Of a DNA stretch of 64,000 nucleotides, positions 58,257 to 64,000 are shown piece by piece. Position 1 is the first letter of the stretch, and each line of letters begins with the position of its first letter. Source of the DNA: Candidatus Poribacteria bacterium (GTDB taxonomy: Bacteria > Poribacteria > WGA-4E > WGA-3G); assembly GCA_965197475.1 (NCBI GenBank), contig CBDANF010000003.1:1056001-1120000 (forward strand). Reading direction: 5' to 3'. Under the pieces are notes generated by a model that was not told the origin of the DNA, did not search any database, and saw nothing but the letters and a program-made list of their open reading frames with translations. Made by a program: the position numbers and the translations under genes.

Positions 58257-59276
58257 ATGAATTATCAACGCAAGATCATTATCGCGTTCTCACTGTTGTT
58301 TGGGCTCATCATCATAGGAACTATCGGTTATTCAGTACTTGAAAAGGACAATCCTAACCAAGAATGGCAGCTGCTTGACGCTATTTGGATGACCGTAATT
58401 ACGTTAACAACAGTCGGTTATGGCGATATGGAAATAAGTGATGCCGGACGCGTCTTCACCCTGTTTCTACTCATCGGCGGGATTGGCATGTATATTTACA
58501 GCATTACCATCGCAACAGCCTTTCTTGTTGAAGGACAATTGCTGAGTTTTTTTAAACATAGAAAAATGACAAAAGATGTAGAAAAATTATCTAACCATTA
58601 TATTGTCTGTGGAATCGGAGACACTGGCATTCATGTGCTTGAAGAAATGCTCAATGCAGAAGCCAGTTTTGTCGGTATTGAAATGGATGAGGAGCGTTTG
58701 GAACACCTCGCTGAAACCCACGATTTCTTATACCTGCACGGCGATGCAACTGATGACGATGTCCTCATCCGCGCAGGTATTGAACGCGCGAAGGGGCTCG
58801 TTGCATGTCTCAGCCGCGACCAGGATAACTTGTTTGTCGTCATTTCTGCCAAGAAACTCAACCCAAATTTGCGGGTCGCTTCCAAAGCAGTAGAAAATAA
58901 TTCCCCCGCCAAACTTGAGACCGCGGGGGCAGATGAGGTTGTTTTGCCGGACCATATCGGCGGCATACGACTTGCATCCGGCATACTTGAGCCGCATCTA
59001 CTGGATTTTTTTGGTAAGATGCAGGAGAACCGACAAACTACGCGGTTCGCGGAATCAATTATCCAACCTGACTCTAAACTTGATGGGATTACTATAGAAG
59101 ACGCACGCATAAAGGAGGAGACAGGGTTAGTTGTCATCGCAATTCGCAGCAAAGACGGAACATATATCTACAACCCTGATGGAAATTGGCGAATCGTCGC
59201 GGGTGATGCCCTATTTGTAATATCCGACCCGAGGCAACTGCAAACACTCCATAGACTTACCGAGGATACACGTTAG
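58257..59276 (+). CDS. Potassium channel with TrkA-N/TrkA-C (RCK) domains
   Basis: TLTTVGYGD selectivity filter, HYIVCGIGDTG, GDATDD..AGIERA. Confidence 0.9.
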   Translation: MNYQRKIIIAFSLLFGLIIIGTIGYSVLEKDNPNQEWQLLDAIWMTVITLTTVGYGDMEISDAGRVFTLFLLIGGIGMYIYSITIATAFLVEGQLLSFFKHRKMTKDVEKLSNHYIVCGIGDTGIHVLEEMLNAEASFVGIEMDEERLEHLAETHDFLYLHGDATDDDVLIRAGIERAKGLVACLSRDQDNLFVVISAKKLNPNLRVASKAVENNSPAKLETAGADEVVLPDHIGGIRLASGILEPHLLDFFGKMQENRQTTRFAESIIQPDSKLDGITIEDARIKEETGLVVIAIRSKDGTYIYNPDGNWRIVAGDALFVISDPRQLQTLHRLTEDTR

Positions 59277-59296
59277 GAAAAAGATAGATTGAAATG

Positions 59297-59356
59297 GTAG
59301 GCGCGCTTTGTCCGCGCGCCGATCAACGGTGTATTGTTAATTGTAAATCTACTATA
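59297..59356 (+). repeat. ~60-bp GTAG-REP element (family A)
   Basis: GTAGGCGCGCTTTGTCCGCGCGCCGATC...TCTACTATA. Confidence 0.75.
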
Positions 59357-59358
59357 AT

Positions 59359-59515
59359 TAACCTAAGTTGCTACTAACAAGTTTTGGACGTTTCAAGAAG
59401 GTTTTTCAGACTCTTCTTCACTCCGTAGGGGTGATATGTTTATAGAAAACGGTATATTTAAGCAACCGCACCCTGTAGGGGTGCTATATCTATAGATAGG
59501 TGGCAACTTGGATTA
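59359..59515. mobile_element. Putative MITE (157 bp) with internal palindromic doublet
   Basis: Imperfect TIR TAACCTAAGTTGCTAC / GTGGCAACTTGGATTA, TAAT on both flanks; two CAC.C.GTAGGGGTG.TAT.T.TATAG units. Confidence 0.5.
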
Positions 59516-59577
59516 TAATTACTGGAATACCACTTGGATTAACGAACCTGAGTGGATTTGAGAAGGAAAACAACCGT

Positions 59578-61116
59578 ATGCTCGCAACTGTCCTCAGCAG
59601 TGCAGTGCTTGGCATTGATGCTTATATTGTCAAAGTAGAGGTAGATGTCGCGGATGGGCTCCCCGCGTTCAGCACTGTCGGTTTACCGGACAGTGCCATC
59701 AAGGAGAGCAGAGATCGGGTGACAGCGGCAATAAAAAACTCCGGTTTCTATTTCCCACCGAGCCGAATTACCGCCAATTTAGCACCCGCTGATATCCGCA
59801 AAACGGGTTCAGCGTTCGATCTTCCCATCGCCATTGGTGTGATGGCCGCTACGAATCAGGTAGATATCAATAGCCTCGAAAGCACTATGGTATTGGGTGA
59901 ACTTGCACTTGATGGAAACATTCGAAGCATACAGGGTGGACTTCCTATTGCCATTGCAGCAAAACAGAATGGGGTGCGGAATCTTATCCTACCTGCTGAA
60001 AACGCTAAAGAGGCAGCAATTATTGAAGAGTTGAACGTTTATCCTGTTCAAAGTCTATCAGAAGCTGCCGCATTCCTGAATTCTGCTAAGGATATAGCCC
60101 CAGAACCTCCAACACTTAGCAACACAGTAGAACAAGAAGACACTACATCCTATCTTGATTTAATTGATGTTAAAGGACAGGAGCATGTGAAACGCGCTGT
60201 TGAGGTGGCAGCAGCTGGTGGGCATAATCTAATTATGATTGGTCCACCCGGTTCCGGTAAAACAATGATTGCCAAACGAATTTCTTCAATCTTGCCGGGG
60301 TTGTCTGTAGATGAATCTTTGGAAACGACAAAGATTCAGAGTATTGTCGGCATTCTACCGAGTGATACCCCGTTGGTAAGGACTCGCCCGTTTCGTTCTC
60401 CGCATCACACGATTTCTGATGCGGGATTGATCGGCGGTGGCAATGTACCACGCCCCGGAGAGGTGAGTCTCTCACACAACGGGGTTCTCTTCCTTGACGA
60501 ACTCCCAGAATTTCGTAGAAATGTTCTTGAAGTCATGCGTCAGCCGTTAGAGGATGGTCAGGTGACGATCTCACGTGCTGCGGCATCTCTCACCTATCCA
60601 GCGAATTTTATGTTAGTGGCAGCGATGAACCCTTGCCCATGCGGCTTCTTCAGCGACCCAAATCGCGAGTGTAAATGTTCCCCAAATCAGATTCAAACGT
60701 ACGTATCCCGCATTTCTGGACCGTTGTTAGACAGAATTGATATCCAAGTTGAGGTTCCCGCTGTGAAATATGCCGAGCTTTCAGCAGAAGTATCAGGTGA
60801 ACCGTCAGCAATTGTCCGTGAACGGGTGGAAGCAGCACGCCGAATACAGCATCAACGTTTTGATGGTATTACAATACACGCTAACGCCAATATGGAATCC
60901 AAGCAGATACGAGAATATTGTAAGATTGAATCGCAAGCACAAGACCTGCTCCGCATCGCTATCAATCAGTTAGGATTGAGCGCAAGAGCTTATGACCGCA
61001 TTTTGAAAGTATCACGTACCATTGCTGATTTGGAAGAAAATCCAAATATAGAAGCGAGACATGTCTCTGAGGCAATACAATATCGGAGTTTAGACCGAAG
61101 TTTCTGGAAAAAGTAA
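59578..61116 (+). CDS. comM: ComM/YifB Mg-chelatase-like AAA+ ATPase
   Basis: [50 protein letters not shown]; start reassigned to 59578. Confidence 0.92.
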   Translation: MLATVLSSAVLGIDAYIVKVEVDVADGLPAFSTVGLPDSAIKESRDRVTAAIKNSGFYFPPSRITANLAPADIRKTGSAFDLPIAIGVMAATNQVDINSLESTMVLGELALDGNIRSIQGGLPIAIAAKQNGVRNLILPAENAKEAAIIEELNVYPVQSLSEAAAFLNSAKDIAPEPPTLSNTVEQEDTTSYLDLIDVKGQEHVKRAVEVAAAGGHNLIMIGPPGSGKTMIAKRISSILPGLSVDESLETTKIQSIVGILPSDTPLVRTRPFRSPHHTISDAGLIGGGNVPRPGEVSLSHNGVLFLDELPEFRRNVLEVMRQPLEDGQVTISRAAASLTYPANFMLVAAMNPCPCGFFSDPNRECKCSPNQIQTYVSRISGPLLDRIDIQVEVPAVKYAELSAEVSGEPSAIVRERVEAARRIQHQRFDGITIHANANMESKQIREYCKIESQAQDLLRIAINQLGLSARAYDRILKVSRTIADLEENPNIEARHVSEAIQYRSLDRSFWKK

Positions 61117-61153
61117 TCGTAATGATAGTGAAATCAAAATTTATGGACCCGCT

Positions 61154-61182
61154 AGTAGGCGCGGTTTGAAACCGCGCCTACT
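61154..61182. repeat. Perfect REP palindrome
   Basis: AGTAGGCGCGGTTT-G-AAACCGCGCCTACT. Confidence 0.7.
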
Positions 61183-61210
61183 TGGTATTTCTATAAAATG
61201 AGGAGGATAA

Positions 61211-62572
61211 ATGCAAACCAATTTTATCATTTTTCTAACAGACGACCAAGGCTACGGTGACCTATCCTGCATGGGTGCTACAGATTTCAAAACACCACAT
61301 CTGGATAGAATGGCATCTGAAGGTATCCTTTTTAAAAATTGGTACTCCAACTCACCTGTCTGTTCACCTTCTCGTGCTGCGTTATTAACAGGACGGTATC
61401 CTTGCCATGCAGGGGTTCGTTCCATTTTAGCTGGACACCGTACTGCTACAGGATTACCACCTTCTGTTCCAACGATTGCAACTGCCCTGAAGGAACTCGG
61501 TTATTACACTGCAATGTCTGGGAAATGGCATCTTGGGCTTGCAGAGGGTTCACGACCAGAAGATCACGGATTTGATGACTGGTTCGGATTTTTGGCGGGA
61601 TGTATTGATTTCTATTCTCATATCTTCTATTGGGCATTGGGGCGACCAGATTTCGACCAAACCCATGACCTTTGGGAAAACGGTGAGGAAGTATACCGAA
61701 ACGGTGAATACTTTACAGAGTTAATAACGGAATATGCAGTGAGATATATTCGAAAATCGGTTGCGCTTGGTAAGCCATTTTTCCTCTATGTGCCTTACAA
61801 TGCACCACATTACCCAATGCATGCCCCACAGAAATATGTAGACAGATTTCCAAATCTGCCTTGGGATAGACAAATTATGGCAGCAATGTTGAGTGCAGTT
61901 GATGATAGTGTAGGTGAGATATTCGCTGAACTTGAACAACTCGGTGTCGCTGAAAATACCTTCTCCCATTTCCAGAGTGATAACGGGCCTTCACGCGAAA
62001 CGCGAAATTGGTTAGATGGAACACAAGACCCATATTATGGCGGAAGTGCAGGTAAACTCAAAGGACACAAGTTTAGTCTATATGAAGGTGGTATCCGTTC
62101 ACCAGGGATTATGAAGTGGCCTAAAGAAATTCCTCCCGGAAACGTATTAAGTCTAATAAATCTAGTGGGTACTGGAATGGATGTTTTTCCGACTTTTCTA
62201 TCCGCTGCCGATGGGGATCTATCCAATTATGAACTTGATGGACTCGATTTAATACCTGTGGTATGTGATGGGCAATTCTCTCCGCACACTGATATTTTTT
62301 GGGAGATGGGAGACCAAACTGCTATGCGTCGTGGTAATTGGAAATTGGTACTCAACGGTAGATTAGTAGAAGGGGCACCACCCGAAGACGATGTTCACCT
62401 TGCTAACCTTGAAACCGACATGGGGGAAACAACCAATTTGAAAGACGAACATCCTGAACTCACCGCTGAACTAACAGAAGCAGCACAAACATGGCGACAA
62501 GGTATTGAAGAACATTGGGAAGCGCATAAAGAAGAACGAAACGGAATGACCGGCTATGTCAAAGGGCAGTAA
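61211..62572 (+). CDS. Cys-type (FGly) sulfatase
   Basis: DDQGYGD, CSPSRAALLTGR, GKWHLG, SDNG, LYEGGIR. Confidence 0.92.
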   Translation: MQTNFIIFLTDDQGYGDLSCMGATDFKTPHLDRMASEGILFKNWYSNSPVCSPSRAALLTGRYPCHAGVRSILAGHRTATGLPPSVPTIATALKELGYYTAMSGKWHLGLAEGSRPEDHGFDDWFGFLAGCIDFYSHIFYWALGRPDFDQTHDLWENGEEVYRNGEYFTELITEYAVRYIRKSVALGKPFFLYVPYNAPHYPMHAPQKYVDRFPNLPWDRQIMAAMLSAVDDSVGEIFAELEQLGVAENTFSHFQSDNGPSRETRNWLDGTQDPYYGGSAGKLKGHKFSLYEGGIRSPGIMKWPKEIPPGNVLSLINLVGTGMDVFPTFLSAADGDLSNYELDGLDLIPVVCDGQFSPHTDIFWEMGDQTAMRRGNWKLVLNGRLVEGAPPEDDVHLANLETDMGETTNLKDEHPELTAELTEAAQTWRQGIEEHWEAHKEERNGMTGYVKGQ

Positions 62573-62683
62573 CGTGCTATCGGAATTGGAAGAAATTCTC
62601 GTGGGGACAAGTTGGACAATTGAACGTTATATTGATTCTGACAAGCCCACTTATGTTGCAATTTTGAAAAAACGAGTGATGTA

Positions 62684-63583
62684 ATGACACCCTTCAAGTT
62701 TGCCTTTATCACGGACACGCACCTCTATCCAAATGCTACGCAAAACTTTGCAGGTGGATTACAGAAGCAGAAAAATAGTCTTGCGCTATATGAAAAGTTG
62801 ATTGAACAACTGAACGCGTTTGACCCTGCATTTGTAATTCATGGTGGAGATATTGTATGCGGCGGAAAGAATTTTGATATGTCTGCTGAGGAATATGAAG
62901 CAGCACTGCATACCGCTCAACTACTGGGTGAAGGTTTAAATGCACCTTGCTACTACATTCCCGGTAACCATGATCTTGACCCTGAAACAGGTTCTAAAAC
63001 CTCTTATTTGGAACGTTTCGGCATAAATGGGATGGGGTCTACCAGTTTCGTCAAGGAAAACATACGGTTTATTCTGCTTGATGCACAAGAAGTTCCAGAA
63101 GATCTGACGCACGGGTATATCAGCACGAATCAACTTGCATGGGTAGAACGTGAATTAAAAAAAGCCGCGGATTATGGTGACGAGATATTCTTTTTTTCGC
63201 ACCAACTCCCCTTTCCAAATGTTGAATTTCAGGGTATGGGTTCAAGAATTGCAAACTCAGCAGAGATACTTGAAATCGTTGCTCCGTTTGAGAAACAGAT
63301 TTTAGGTTTCTTTTGTGGACACCAACACCTCAATCGTGTCTTTAGAGAACAAGGGATGTTGTGTATCATCACAGCTGGCATTATATGCTACCCAATGATG
63401 TGGCGGCAGGTTCATGTGTTTCCTGATAGAATTGAGGTAAAATCTATTCCCGTTGACCTGCCCGAAGTGCTTGCCGAATCCGAAGCGGTTAATCCGGATA
63501 ACAATCTATATCTGTCTGGCCGTCCCAGAGATCGGGAATTTACTATACAACGGAGAAGTGAGGAGGTTGTTGGTAAATGGTGA
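62684..63583 (+). CDS. Calcineurin-like metallophosphoesterase (CpdA/Icc-like)
   Basis: TDTH, GGD, PGNHD, SHQ, GHQH. Confidence 0.88.
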   Translation: MTPFKFAFITDTHLYPNATQNFAGGLQKQKNSLALYEKLIEQLNAFDPAFVIHGGDIVCGGKNFDMSAEEYEAALHTAQLLGEGLNAPCYYIPGNHDLDPETGSKTSYLERFGINGMGSTSFVKENIRFILLDAQEVPEDLTHGYISTNQLAWVERELKKAADYGDEIFFFSHQLPFPNVEFQGMGSRIANSAEILEIVAPFEKQILGFFCGHQHLNRVFREQGMLCIITAGIICYPMMWRQVHVFPDRIEVKSIPVDLPEVLAESEAVNPDNNLYLSGRPRDREFTIQRRSEEVVGKW

Positions 63584-63661
63584 TTGTTTTATGGATTAAG
63601 AAGTCAGGCTTAAGAATATATTTTTCAACTGATAACCGATTACCAACACTCAATAAACAAG

Positions 63662-64000
63662 ATGATTGAAGTTCAAAACCTCTCAAAAAACTACGGTCCA
63701 TTTCAAGCACTCAAAGACATCTCCTTTACCGTGGACAAGGGGCAAATTGTTGGGTTTCTCGGTCCCAACGGTGCCGGTAAAACTACGACGATGCGGATTC
63801 TGACCTGCTTTATGCCCGCGAGTAGCGGAAAAGTCACCGTTGCCGGATACGATGTTTTCAAAGCATCGCGCGAGGTACGCAAACGGATCGGATATCTACC
63901 CGAAAACATTCCGCTTTACACTGAAATGACTGTCACAAAATATCTCTCCTACATGGGTAAAATTCGAGGTGTCTCACGCAAGCAAATCAAAGAACGGTTG
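63662..64000 (+). CDS. ABC transporter ATP-binding protein (GldA-like), truncated by the window end
   Basis: MIEVQNLSKNYG...GFLGPNGAGKTT...IGYLPE. Confidence 0.88.
   Translation, partial: MIEVQNLSKNYGPFQALKDISFTVDKGQIVGFLGPNGAGKTTTMRILTCFMPASSGKVTVAGYDVFKASREVRKRIGYLPENIPLYTEMTVTKYLSYMGKIRGVSRKQIKERL

Noticed and set aside
59500-59577. N-terminal extension of ComM
   Set aside because: Begins inside a MITE end; the family start MLA with an RBS is at 59578

Overview
Bacterial chromosomal window, moderately AT-rich. The likely source is Candidatus Poribacteria. This is an inference from the LamG proteins ending in GKLxTTWxxLK, plus the PhyH, sulfatase, FGE-sialidase, AAA-PD-(D/E)xK and TPR content. 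Contents: (1) an SSS-kdsB-pyrG-larA-larA-dctQM operon; (2) a LolA-like/YidD/TPR operon; (3) an apparently exported PPDK_N protein; (4) complete IS5-type and IS1595 elements; (5) an Fe-ADH/PQQ-propeller/HemN-like radical SAM/acyl-CoA ligase/flavin-halogenase-like cluster interrupted by toxin-antitoxin debris; (6) tRNA-Phe and tRNA-Thr; (7) DsbD, a PorX-like protein, an ECF sigma/anti-sigma/HtrA operon, comM and sulfatases. The most striking item is 24418-28220: a UvrD helicase lacking its 2B subdomain, joined to a RuvC-like nuclease and a long TPR array. The RuvC active site is divided between two overlapping ORFs by a 1-nt frameshift. Intergenic DNA holds several small MITE families (TIRs plus target duplications) that carry, abut or target GTAG-type REP palindromes. 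Several genes are broken at short homopolymers, so some frameshifts may be sequencing errors. All calls come from motif recognition by eye; no searches were run.
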